Positions 45,752 through 54,952 of a stretch of 64,000 nt of DNA are shown here, piece after piece. The first letter of the stretch is position 1. Each line of letters opens with the position of its first letter. Source of the stretch: Erysipelotrichaceae bacterium (GTDB lineage: Bacteria > Bacillota_I > Bacilli_A > Erysipelotrichales > Erysipelotrichaceae). The notes beneath the pieces are model-generated. The model had not been told where the DNA came from. It did not search any database and saw only the letters and a program-made list of their open reading frames with translations. The stretch lies in NCBI GenBank assembly GCA_963678045.2, contig CAXXCK010000004.1, forward strand, positions 17,380 through 81,379, read 5' to 3'. The translations under genes and the position numbers were made by a program.

Positions 45752-47076
45752 TGAGTAACGACCTCGGGCGTATTCAGTTCCGTAATGACACGGGTGGCTT
45801 CATCGACCATTTGGGTTTGGGCTTCTTCCACACTCAGCGTCCCATCCCACAAGGCTTGGATGGTGCTCATGAACTTCATACGGTAAAGCGTTTGAATGGC
45901 CAAGGTAGACGGATTATCAGGAAAGGCGATGATCGGTTCGCTGACCGACGTGCGGTAAGCCATGGCCAGTTCTTTGCGATGGGGGTCTGCAAAAGTCAAA
46001 AACTCAAGCAAAGCATCATTGACTAAAGGCGTCAGTGTCGTATTGTCGACCAGAAGCTGAATGCCCTTGATCGATTTCAGGATACGGATCAATTCATGGG
46101 CAGCACTGGGATAAAGCGTGTTCCCATTGATCGCAAACCCGCTGGTTTTGATCATTGGGGCCAGCTCGTTGTTCTGATAAGTCGGGAATTTCGAAACGAC
46201 CCAGTCACTGGGGGTCTGCAGATCATTGGCACTGATGTCCATCCAAGGACCCGCCAAGGTAAAGACAAAGTCATCCTTGATCAAGGCATCATCCAGTTTC
46301 CACGGATAGGTCTCTGCTTTGTTTGATTCACTGTGATTCCAGTTGATTTCAGAAAGAGATTTAACGAAAGACAAACCGGTTTTAAAGGCTTCAGTCTCAA
46401 ACCCCGGATTCATAGCATCATACGAATCAAACAGGGAGAAACCGCCGGCCGTTAAGAAAGGATAAAACGAATAAGGTTCGTTGAGGGGAAGCGGGAAAAC
46501 ATTGACCTGTAAGGATTCCCAGGTCGATTTGAGGGCGAATATTTTTTCAAACGTATCGATGCTGTCGATCAATCCGTCTGAATTCAGATCTTGTGTCGAA
46601 AGACCGGCTTCTTCCAGTCTTGTCTTATTGACCAAAAAAGCAAATCCGTCCGCCGAAACCGGCAAATAGGTCAGGGTGTTGACGTTGAGGGCATAAACTT
46701 TATCGATATCGATGTTTTTAGACAGGTTCTCATCCAAGGGGTACAAGGATTGAAAAAGAGCACCGGCTTGAACTTGCGTAATGAAGAGCACATCTTGTGA
46801 ACCGGAAGTGCTCGAGACCACTTCATAGGTCACGATACCGGCGGCTTCTGGATGATACCAGTCCCAATACTCGACCACAGCCTGGCCGTATGCACTGTTG
46901 GGAACCAAGATTGAGAGACGGGCATGGGCTTCGATCTTATAGGCATTTTTCTGCGCAACAAAACAAACGGTCAATCCGTCAGTAACACAGGGATCGGCTT
47001 TTACAGCGATCCCAGCGCCAAAGCTGGTGATCATCAGGATCAGGATCAAAGTCAGTTTCATAATTCTTGTGTCCAT
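45748..47076 (-). CDS. Secreted MalE-like solute-binding-protein paralogue
   Basis: It has a signal peptide and aligns by eye with the MalE-like lipoprotein at 58289..59704. Compare AVVEYWDWYHPEAAG.VTY / AIVALWDTTHPEAKGKVTF, and DGFAFLVNKTRLEEAGLST.D.N.DGL / DGMAFVWNKTMLTTLGLSTADANNDNL, and DTFEKIFAL / DTWEKIFTL. Confidence 0.65.
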   Translation of the reverse strand: MDTRIMKLTLILILMITSFGAGIAVKADPCVTDGLTVCFVAQKNAYKIEAHARLSILVPNSAYGQAVVEYWDWYHPEAAGIVTYEVVSSTSGSQDVLFITQVQAGALFQSLYPLDENLSKNIDIDKVYALNVNTLTYLPVSADGFAFLVNKTRLEEAGLSTQDLNSDGLIDSIDTFEKIFALKSTWESLQVNVFPLPLNEPYSFYPFLTAGGFSLFDSYDAMNPGFETEAFKTGLSFVKSLSEINWNHSESNKAETYPWKLDDALIKDDFVFTLAGPWMDISANDLQTPSDWVVSKFPTYQNNELAPMIKTSGFAINGNTLYPSAAHELIRILKSIKGIQLLVDNTTLTPLVNDALLEFLTFADPHRKELAMAYRTSVSEPIIAFPDNPSTLAIQTLYRMKFMSTIQALWDGTLSVEEAQTQMVDEATRVITELNTPEVVTQ

Positions 47077-47147
47077 AAGTGCGTCCTTATTCTACCAAAT
47101 ATGACCTCTGCTTTCAAATAAAGACTGCATTTTCATGCAGTCTGGTT

Positions 47148-48074
47148 TTAAAGATGTTTTTTAACGGCTGCGATGATTTCTTTCGAAGTCAGGCCATATT
47201 TTTCAAGCAAGGCATTGGGTGTTCCGCTTTCACCGAAGGTGTCATTGATGGCAACCACTTCCATGAGCGACGGACATTTCGCACTCAGGACTTCCGCAAT
47301 GGCAGAACTGAGTCCGCCGAATTTGGAGTGTTCTTCGGCTGAAATGACGACTTTGGACTGCTTAGCGAGTCTGACGACGAGTTCTTCATCCAAAGGCTTG
47401 ATCGTATGGATGTTGACGACGGTGATCTCGGTGCCTTCCGCTTTGAGGGCTTCATAAGCAGCCAAGGCTTGTTGAACCATAACGCCTGTCGCAAAGACAG
47501 TGATATCTTTGCCTTCTCTGAGCACGACGCCTTTACCCAACTGCCATTGGTAATCAGGGCTGTTGACAGTATCCACGGCGCCTCTGCCCAAACGGACATA
47601 GAACGGACCGTTGATGTTGGCGATCGCATGAATGACCTGATCGGTTTCGATGTCATCGCAAGGCTGAACGACACTCATGCCGGGGATGCCTCTCATCAAG
47701 GAAATGTCTTCAATGGACTGATGTGATGCCCCGTCTTCACCCAAGGTGATTCCGGCATGCGTCGCACAGATCTTGACATTCAAATGAGTATACCCGATCG
47801 AATTACGAACGATTTCGTAAGCACGGCCGGCCGCAAACATCGCAAAGGATGAGGCATATACAGTATTGCCGCAGGTCGCTAAACCGGCAGCGATGCCCAT
47901 CATGTCGCATTCAGCGATCCCGACATTGAAATGCCGTTGCGGACAAACCACTTTCGCATCATAGGTCTTGGTGGATTTAGACAGGTCGGCGTCTAAGACG
48001 ACTACGCTTTCATTTTTAACGATAAGGTCTGCCAATGCTTTCCCGTATGCTTCACGGGTTGCCATTTTTGCCAT
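47148..48074 (-). CDS. Transketolase, C-terminal (pyrimidine-binding) subunit
   Basis: TREAYGKAL...FNVGIAECDMMGIAAGLA. Confidence 0.9.
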   Translation of the reverse strand: MAKMATREAYGKALADLIVKNESVVVLDADLSKSTKTYDAKVVCPQRHFNVGIAECDMMGIAAGLATCGNTVYASSFAMFAAGRAYEIVRNSIGYTHLNVKICATHAGITLGEDGASHQSIEDISLMRGIPGMSVVQPCDDIETDQVIHAIANINGPFYVRLGRGAVDTVNSPDYQWQLGKGVVLREGKDITVFATGVMVQQALAAYEALKAEGTEITVVNIHTIKPLDEELVVRLAKQSKVVISAEEHSKFGGLSSAIAEVLSAKCPSLMEVVAINDTFGESGTPNALLEKYGLTSKEIIAAVKKHL

Positions 48075-48075
48075 A

Positions 48076-48888
48076 TTAAACGAGCTCCTTCAAGGCTGCT
48101 TCGGCCTGTTCCGGTGTCGGGGCTACCCCGTGCCATCCGGCTTGATTTTCCATAAAGCTGACGCCTTTTCCTTTGACGGTCTTGGCGATGATGATGGTTG
48201 GCTGTCCCTTGATCGTTTTAGCCTTGTCATAGGCTTCAAACAATTGGTTGTAATCGTGGCCGTTGGCATACAGGACATGCCAACCGAACGCTTTGAATTT
48301 TTCATCCAAAGGCAAAGGATTCATGACCTTGGTGATGTCTCCGTCGATCTGAAGTCCATTTTGATCCAAAACGACCAACAGGTTATCCAACTTGAAGTGG
48401 GCTGCAGCCATGGCGGCTTCCCAGATCATGCCTTCCTGACTTTCACCGTCACCGACGATCGAATAGACTCTGAAATCTTGATTGTGGATCTTATACGATA
48501 AAGCCATACCGACGGCAGCGGACAAACCTTGTCCTAAGGAACCGGTCGACATATCGACCCCATCAACATAGTTCATGTTGGGGTGGCCTTGAAGTTTTGA
48601 GTTGATTTTTCTAAACGTCATCAATTCTTTTTCTTCCAAGAAGCCTTTTTCACACAGAACAGCGAAAAGAAGCGGGGAAGCATGACCTTTAGACAAGACG
48701 AATTTGTCTCTGCTCTTGTCTTTTACGTTTTCTTTGTTGATATTCATTTCATCAAAATACAGACTAACTGCGATTTCGGTTGCCGAGAAAGAGCCGCCGA
48801 CATGACCTGATTTGGCCTCTGTCACCATCTTGATGATGTTTCTGCGGACTCTTAAGGCGATTTCCTGAAGGGCTGCTATATTGCGCAT
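48076..48888 (-). CDS. Transketolase, N-terminal (TPP-binding) subunit
   Basis: GHVGGSFSATEI...LSKGHASP...GSLGQGLS...GDGESQEG. I moved the start to ATG 48888, after AAGGAG. Confidence 0.9.
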   Translation of the reverse strand: MRNIAALQEIALRVRRNIIKMVTEAKSGHVGGSFSATEIAVSLYFDEMNINKENVKDKSRDKFVLSKGHASPLLFAVLCEKGFLEEKELMTFRKINSKLQGHPNMNYVDGVDMSTGSLGQGLSAAVGMALSYKIHNQDFRVYSIVGDGESQEGMIWEAAMAAAHFKLDNLLVVLDQNGLQIDGDITKVMNPLPLDEKFKAFGWHVLYANGHDYNQLFEAYDKAKTIKGQPTIIIAKTVKGKGVSFMENQAGWHGVAPTPEQAEAALKELV

Positions 48889-49012
48889 GGTGTTCTCCTT
48901 AACATCCTTATTATACACAGGACAAGCACCGTTTGTCACAACTGGAACAAATAATCCTAACCTGGTCTGTAAGCGCTTTTTTATGATAAACTTAATAAAA
49001 GAGGAGAAAAAA

Positions 49013-51088
49013 ATGAGTAAAAACCTACGTAAAATCGCAGAGTCCCTCCATAAGCAAGGGAAGGCTAACCCGGGACTGATGAACTATGCGATCCCTGATC
49101 TATGGTTTACAGCCAAAACCAAAACCGAGCATTTGGTCGTCCATGACGGCCATGTGTTGGTCAATCCATACCAGTTCTTCGAATCCGTCATCAATGAGGT
49201 CTTTTTATCCAAAGAGGACAAGGATCTGCAGCCTTATTTCCTTGACCATAAAGTTGAAAAGAAACTCTCTAACGGCAACTGGATCAAAAAGAGCAATGTC
49301 TATTCGATGATGATCCGTTCATCCGGATCATTCGATCATGACCGTACCGGGGCTTTGGAAGAAACCAACCTGAACGGCTTGAAAGACACAGGGACCTTCA
49401 TCAAGACTTTGGCTTATCTGCCGACTTTAAAGAGGATCGGGGTCGATGTCTTGTATCTCTTACCGATCGCAAAATACTCGCTGAAAGACAAAAAAGGCGA
49501 ATTGGGATCCCCATACGGAGTTTCCAATTTCTTCGCCTTGGATAATTTGTTGAAAGATCCAATGAGCCCGGATACGACTGTCGAGGAAGAATTCAAGGCC
49601 TTCGTCGAAGCTGCTCATCTGTTGGACATGAAAGTCATCATCGACATCATCCCCAGAACCAACAGTGTCAACTCCGACATGATCCTGGATCATCCGGATT
49701 GGTTCTACTGGATCGGCTTGGATGATCTGCCTGGCTATAAGCCGCCGATGGCGGAAGGCTTAAAGGCCTGTTTACCGCCGAAAGTAGAGTATTTCAAAGA
49801 ACTTTTCAAATCACCGGAAGTTGAAGAACACCTGCATAAATTCAAAAAGAATCCCAAAGACACCAATCCAAAAGCCTGGGCCAAACTGGTCAAGAGTTTT
49901 GATCCTTCCAAGCAAGAGATCCTGGATGCGGTACGCGACCAGTTCAAACTGACCGTAGCCCCAGCTTTCTCCGATCACATCAATGATCCGCAGCCAGCCT
50001 GGAGCGATGTGACCTATTTCAGATTGTATCTGGATCATCCAATCAACTCTCAGCCGTATTTGAATGAACTGGGCAACTTTGAACCTTATGTGTTGTTTGA
50101 TGTCGCCAAGAGTTCGCTCAACCCGGGCCTCAAACCCAATAAACCTTTGTGGGACATGTTGGCAAGCATCATTCCGTTTTATCAAAATACCTTTGGTATC
50201 GATGGGGCCCGTATCGATATGGGTCATGCCTTACCGCCTGAACTTATCAACATGATCATCACCAACGCCAGAGCCGTTGATCCCAACTTCTGTTTCATCG
50301 CTGAAGAACTCGATCCGGTCAATGCGAAAGCATCCATTGAAAAGGGCTACAACATGATCATCGGTAACGGCTTCATGATGGAACCGCGTGTCGATCAGGG
50401 CAGCTTCAATGAATTTGTCTATTCAGCCAAAGACTTGGCTTCTGCGGTCTTTGCCTGCGGCGAGACGCATGATACCCCGCGTTTGGCCAACCGTAAGGGC
50501 AATGAAGTCTTAAGCAAGATGCTGAGTGTCTTCAATCTGTTTATCCCCAATACGATCCCTTTCCTCAACAGCGGTCAGGAAGTCTTTGAAAGACAACCGA
50601 TGAATACCGGTCTAGACAGTTCGCCAGAAGATCTGTTTGCTTTACCGCCTACTGATCCCCTATTCAAGAAACTGGCCTTGTTTGATCGTTATGCCTTCCA
50701 CTATCTGCATCCTCAACGCTGGGAAATGATTGAGATCCTGGAAGAAGCCAGCAAGATCCGCAAGTCCATTCTCACCGACATCATCGATCTTAAGAAGTCT
50801 TACTATGTCGGATTCGGAGCCCCTTGGGATACGGCTGCAGGTGTCGCTTATGAATCCAAGGACAAACTGACCTTGGTCATCGCCAACACCGATTGTTTCA
50901 ATGATAAGCAGCATCAGATCCGCTGTGCGACCTTGCCTGCACAATTCCTTGGAGAAGACATCCAAGTCAGACAGATCTTCTCTTCAGAAAAAATCGAACA
51001 AGAACCCCTCTTCATGGATTTCGCCAATAACCTTTGGGTCAACTTCAAAAAAGGCGAAGTCAAGATTTTTGAAATTACCTTATCATAA
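49013..51088 (+). CDS. GH13 alpha-amylase-family protein, maltodextrin glycosyltransferase-like
   Basis: GH13 regions VIIDIIPRT, GIDGARIDMGHA, FIAEEL and ETHDTPR, with no signal peptide. I moved the start to ATG 49013, after GAGGAG. Confidence 0.7.
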   Translation: MSKNLRKIAESLHKQGKANPGLMNYAIPDLWFTAKTKTEHLVVHDGHVLVNPYQFFESVINEVFLSKEDKDLQPYFLDHKVEKKLSNGNWIKKSNVYSMMIRSSGSFDHDRTGALEETNLNGLKDTGTFIKTLAYLPTLKRIGVDVLYLLPIAKYSLKDKKGELGSPYGVSNFFALDNLLKDPMSPDTTVEEEFKAFVEAAHLLDMKVIIDIIPRTNSVNSDMILDHPDWFYWIGLDDLPGYKPPMAEGLKACLPPKVEYFKELFKSPEVEEHLHKFKKNPKDTNPKAWAKLVKSFDPSKQEILDAVRDQFKLTVAPAFSDHINDPQPAWSDVTYFRLYLDHPINSQPYLNELGNFEPYVLFDVAKSSLNPGLKPNKPLWDMLASIIPFYQNTFGIDGARIDMGHALPPELINMIITNARAVDPNFCFIAEELDPVNAKASIEKGYNMIIGNGFMMEPRVDQGSFNEFVYSAKDLASAVFACGETHDTPRLANRKGNEVLSKMLSVFNLFIPNTIPFLNSGQEVFERQPMNTGLDSSPEDLFALPPTDPLFKKLALFDRYAFHYLHPQRWEMIEILEEASKIRKSILTDIIDLKKSYYVGFGAPWDTAAGVAYESKDKLTLVIANTDCFNDKQHQIRCATLPAQFLGEDIQVRQIFSSEKIEQEPLFMDFANNLWVNFKKGEVKIFEITLS

Positions 51089-51089
51089 G

Positions 51090-51117
51090 AAAAATGAGCG
51101 AAAGCTCATTTTTTTAC
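51090..51117. terminator. Bidirectional terminator shared by convergent genes
   Basis: AAAAATGAGC (51090..51099), loop GAAA, GCTCATTTTT (51104..51113). The NYN-like ORF stop (51106..51108) lies inside the hairpin. Confidence 0.6.
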
Positions 51118-51711
51118 TACCTTTGGAAGATTGTACTTAATTGTCCCATTTTCTTCGTAGACATATTTCTTGATGAAAAGTTCTTCGATAATACTGTTGA
51201 TCTCATTTTGTTTTGTACCATTAAGTCTTGGTCCAATAAAACTGGAAAGAGTCTTTCTTCTTTTTGGCCGACCAATTGATTTCATTGTTGACAGCATCTC
51301 AATTGCTTTTGTGAGATTTGGATCTGTTGTTTTGGGCGTATCACTCTTTTCGAGCTCTTGAAAACTGACGATCCTTCTTGCATCTATTTTCTTTGACTTG
51401 AGATGTTCTATGAGAGGATCGTAACCCGTGTCTTTTGAGTATATGGTAAATTTCTTATCTTTCTCTGTGGCACTCGCTTTACCGATATAAAATGCAATAA
51501 AAAAATCAAGTGCGTTCTTACCCTTCCCCTCAACTTTGATCCATTCAACAGAATCTCCATACTTCTGTGTTTTTGAAACCAAGTCGAATGGAATGTTTTT
51601 CTGGTCCTGTCCAACGATGATTTTAACTTTAGTGGTCTCTTTGATGTACTTTACGTTAACATCTTGTACATTCTCAAAATCGATATATAAGTATTCGTTA
51701 TAAGGTATCAT
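51106..51711 (-). CDS. Orphan NYN/LabA(PIN)-like domain protein with a C-terminal small basic/winged-helix-like domain
   Basis: YLYIDFENV...VEGKGKNALDFFIAFYIG...TIYSKDTGYDPLIEHL follows the NYN pattern (D-x-E-N, GKNAxD, S-x-D-x-D/Y). The DNA is AT-rich. Confidence 0.55.
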   Translation of the reverse strand: MIPYNEYLYIDFENVQDVNVKYIKETTKVKIIVGQDQKNIPFDLVSKTQKYGDSVEWIKVEGKGKNALDFFIAFYIGKASATEKDKKFTIYSKDTGYDPLIEHLKSKKIDARRIVSFQELEKSDTPKTTDPNLTKAIEMLSTMKSIGRPKRRKTLSSFIGPRLNGTKQNEINSIIEELFIKKYVYEENGTIKYNLPKVVKK

Positions 51712-51906
51712 GAAGTCTCCCCAGTTCCTTTAGGCTTTCTTTGATATGGATCGTATTCACTGCTTCATTGATTAAAATTTATCACTTTTCATTTCTAAAA
51801 ACAACAACGTTGTTTGATTACTAAAAAAAGCTCCCGTAAAAGGAACTTTTGTTTGCAACAAGATGAACTTACATCGTAATGTAAACCAACTTATTCATCG
51901 TTATGA

Positions 51907-53196
51907 TTACTTACAATTTTTCGGGATCGAGAAGATGATGGGTCGGTTTTCTAAGGCAATGACCCCGTGACGGATCTCAACAAGCTCACCGGTGATACAG
52001 TGCTTATACTGACCTTCAGGCAAGCTGACATTGATAACGCCCTTCTCATCTCCGACATTGAAGATCCCGACTCGGATCTCTTTGTCGTTTTCGTATTCAA
52101 AATGCAAGACATCCAGGGTATGGGATACGATCTTATAATGATCGTCCTGGCCAAAGATCGGGTCTTTTTTCATCTTAGCCAAACCCTTGATCCATTTAAC
52201 CATCTCTAGATCGAGTTTGGTCCAATCAACGGGATCTTTCTCAAACAGGCGCGACAAATGATCCGTGCCGGTTTCTACGCCGAAGTGTAAAAAAGCTATG
52301 CCTTTGGCGAAGAAGACGTAACCCAACCAGTTCATGGTTTTATCATAGGATTGTGTATAGAAACGAATACGCGCATTGTCGTGATTTTCCACATTTCTGG
52401 CTTTGACATAGTTTCTAGGATAGATGATATCCTGTAGGCGGTAACGGTTTCTGAGTTCTTCCAGACTGCTTTCGCCTTTGAGGTAACCCAGGAACTTTTC
52501 CTGATTGTCATAGTCATATTCGAAATCAAAATACTTAAAGACTTCCCCATCGCTCAGACAGGTATAGCCTTCATAACGCAGGAAACTCAAGAACCAAGGA
52601 TCGACGCTTTCAGCCAGGAAAACCAGCTTCGGATTGACTGCTCTCAGTTTTGGGAATGCCCTTTGATAAAAGACTTCAGGGATCATGGGGGCCACATCGA
52701 AGCGGAACCCGTCAACGCCCAGATCGACCCAATACAATAAAGCTTCAGTCAACAGGTCGATCAATAAGGGATTGTTTTCGAATTCAAAATCGGCAATGTC
52801 GGTCCAGTCCCCGATCTTATTGGTGAGATGTCCGTCTTTCCAATGATAGAATTCAGGATGTTCCTTGACCCACGGATGATCCGGGGCCGTATGATGATAC
52901 ACAACGTCCAGCATCAGTTTCATGCCTCTGTCGTGGGTTGCTTTGACAAGCGTTTTGAAATCGTCTAGGGTACCCAAATCTTCCGAAATGCCTTTGTAGT
53001 CTCTGATGGCATAGGGTGATCCGTAAGCGCCTTTGCGTTCTTTGATCCCGATGGGGTGGATCGGTAACAGATACAGAATGTCGGTTCCCAGGTCTTGGAT
53101 CCGATCCAGGTCTCTGATCAGGGCTTTGAAGGTACCTTCTTCAGAATAGTTTCTGACGAAGACCTGATAGATGAATTGATTGCGGTATGGGTTCAT
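51907..53196 (-). CDS. Cytoplasmic GH13 alpha-amylase-family enzyme
   Basis: GTDILYLLPIHP..., LMLDVVYHHT, GVDGFRFDVA, LAESVD, VENHDNAR. Confidence 0.8.
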   Translation of the reverse strand: MNPYRNQFIYQVFVRNYSEEGTFKALIRDLDRIQDLGTDILYLLPIHPIGIKERKGAYGSPYAIRDYKGISEDLGTLDDFKTLVKATHDRGMKLMLDVVYHHTAPDHPWVKEHPEFYHWKDGHLTNKIGDWTDIADFEFENNPLLIDLLTEALLYWVDLGVDGFRFDVAPMIPEVFYQRAFPKLRAVNPKLVFLAESVDPWFLSFLRYEGYTCLSDGEVFKYFDFEYDYDNQEKFLGYLKGESSLEELRNRYRLQDIIYPRNYVKARNVENHDNARIRFYTQSYDKTMNWLGYVFFAKGIAFLHFGVETGTDHLSRLFEKDPVDWTKLDLEMVKWIKGLAKMKKDPIFGQDDHYKIVSHTLDVLHFEYENDKEIRVGIFNVGDEKGVINVSLPEGQYKHCITGELVEIRHGVIALENRPIIFSIPKNCK

Positions 53197-53237
53197 TTTT
53201 CTCCTTAAAAAACCCGAGAAAACTCGGGTTCATTGAT

Positions 53238-54329
53238 TTAGATGATGGCCTTCTGTGTTTCTTTATCGAAGAAGTGCAGTTTGGTGACATCCATAGCTAA
53301 TTTGATGGTTTCATGAGCGTGGACATCGACTCTGGCTGATACTTTCGCCAAGATCGGCTGATCACCGAAACGTCCGTGCAGGATGAATTCATGACCCAAG
53401 AGTTCGGAGACTTCGATGTTGAAATCAAACGGGGTATCGGGGAAGGTTTCCGCAACGATGCCTTCATAGTGGATGTCTTCAGGACGGATGCCCAAGACGA
53501 GGTCTTTGCCTTCTTCCGACTTCAGGGCATCGTGGAACATCTTAGGAACCATAAAGGATTTGTTGTCGACTTCGAAACGGCCGTTGATGTATTTGCCGGT
53601 GATGAAGTTCATGGCCGGAGCCCCGATGAAGTTCGCAACAAACATGTTGTTGGGATGATTATAGATTTCTTTTGGGGTACCGATCTGTTGGATATAGCCG
53701 TCTTTCATGACGACGATACGGGTAGCCATGGTCATGGCTTCAGTCTGGTCGTGGGTAACATAGATGGTCGTCGCATTGAGACGTTCATGCAGTTTGATGA
53801 TTTCGGATCTCATCTGGACACGCAGTTTGGCGTCCAAGTTGGACAAGGGTTCATCCATCAAGAAGACTTGAGCATTACGAACGATGGCTCTTCCCAAGGC
53901 AACACGTTGACGTTGGCCCCCGGACAGCGCTTTCGGTTTACGATCCAGGAAGTTTTCGATTTCCAGGATTCTGGCGGCTTCTTTGACGCGTTCGTCGATT
54001 TCATGTTTCGGCAGCTTTTTCAAACGGAGACCGAAAGCCATGTTTTCATACACGGTCATGTGCGGATACAAGGCGTAGGACTGGAAGACCATCGCGATGT
54101 CTCTGTCTTTAGGGGCGGTCAGATTGGAGAACTTGTCATTGATGAACAGTTCACCGGAAGAGATTTCTTCCAGACCGGCGATCATTCTTAAGGTGGTGGA
54201 TTTACCGCAGCCGGAAGGTCCGACCAAAACGATGAATTCTCTGTCTTTGATGTCAAGGTTGAAATCAAAGACGGCTTGGACATTATTGTCGTAGATTTTG
54301 TTGATGCCTTTTAATTGTAGTGTTGCCAT
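53238..54329 (-). CDS. msmK: Sugar ABC transporter ATP-binding protein (MsmK/MalK type)
   Basis: [44 protein letters not shown], plus a C-terminal TOBE-like domain. Confidence 0.9.
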   Translation of the reverse strand: MATLQLKGINKIYDNNVQAVFDFNLDIKDREFIVLVGPSGCGKSTTLRMIAGLEEISSGELFINDKFSNLTAPKDRDIAMVFQSYALYPHMTVYENMAFGLRLKKLPKHEIDERVKEAARILEIENFLDRKPKALSGGQRQRVALGRAIVRNAQVFLMDEPLSNLDAKLRVQMRSEIIKLHERLNATTIYVTHDQTEAMTMATRIVVMKDGYIQQIGTPKEIYNHPNNMFVANFIGAPAMNFITGKYINGRFEVDNKSFMVPKMFHDALKSEEGKDLVLGIRPEDIHYEGIVAETFPDTPFDFNIEVSELLGHEFILHGRFGDQPILAKVSARVDVHAHETIKLAMDVTKLHFFDKETQKAII

Positions 54330-54391
54330 AGTTTTACCTCGTTTTTATTGTACACCCTAATTTTTGAATAGATTTGTGCATTGTGCACAAA

Positions 54392-54952
54392 TTAAGATAT
54401 TGATTGTTCAAGCGTGAAATAGATGTGCAGTACATAGGCATTCCCGGGTTCTCTGAGATCGATGCGGGTCTGATCAATGAACTTGACCAAGCGATAAGTA
54501 AAGGTGTTGCGGTGGACATACAGAAGTTGAGCTGCCTGAACCGAATTTCCGCCGGTCAAAAGATACATTCTGGCGGTTTCCGAGACTTCTTTGCTTATCC
54601 CTGACAATTTGATGGCCAGTGCTTTCAATAAGCGATTGTCGCCTTTTTGCGAGCCCAGTAGCATGACGTCTCCGATCTCCATGATTTTCCCGGCATACTC
54701 TTCTGAGGCACAAGCCAAGGCCAGCCTCATCAGGGCTTCATCATTGAAACCGATGACCATGGTCATCTTGATGCCCAAATCGTCTCTGAGGGGTTCATAC
54801 AGGACCCTCAACTGGATGGCTTGAGCTTTTGCGATGGTAAACTTGGCAGTATATTCATCCAGCCAGATAAAATCGCTGCCGTAACTCAGACAGAAATGCT
54901 CAATGTCTTTTTCGCGATGGGTTTCGCTGGTATACAGATAGATACTGAGCAT
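54392..54952 (-). CDS. Short PucR/CdaR-type regulator with a C-terminal HTH only
   Basis: TARMYLLTGGNSVQAAQLLYVHRNTFTYRLVKF is the PucR C-terminal HTH signature. The start abuts the stop of the upstream amylase gene. Confidence 0.6.
   Translation of the reverse strand: MLSIYLYTSETHREKDIEHFCLSYGSDFIWLDEYTAKFTIAKAQAIQLRVLYEPLRDDLGIKMTMVIGFNDEALMRLALACASEEYAGKIMEIGDVMLLGSQKGDNRLLKALAIKLSGISKEVSETARMYLLTGGNSVQAAQLLYVHRNTFTYRLVKFIDQTRIDLREPGNAYVLHIYFTLEQSIS

Noticed and set aside
48881-49012. 44-codon N-terminal extension of the GH13 ORF overlapping the tkt start region
   Set aside because: It has no RBS. ATG 49013 follows GAGGAG, and the extension would overlap the divergent tkt promoter.
51869-51884. 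Inverted repeat TTACAT-CGTA-ATGTAA just after the amylase stop codon, as a regulatory site
   Set aside because: It has only 6-bp arms and an asymmetric spacer. It lies between a stop codon and its terminator, so I have no basis for assigning a function.
53376-54191. Plus-strand 271-aa ORF
   Set aside because: It is antisense to msmK, a common long shadow ORF in a GC-balanced ABC ATPase gene.
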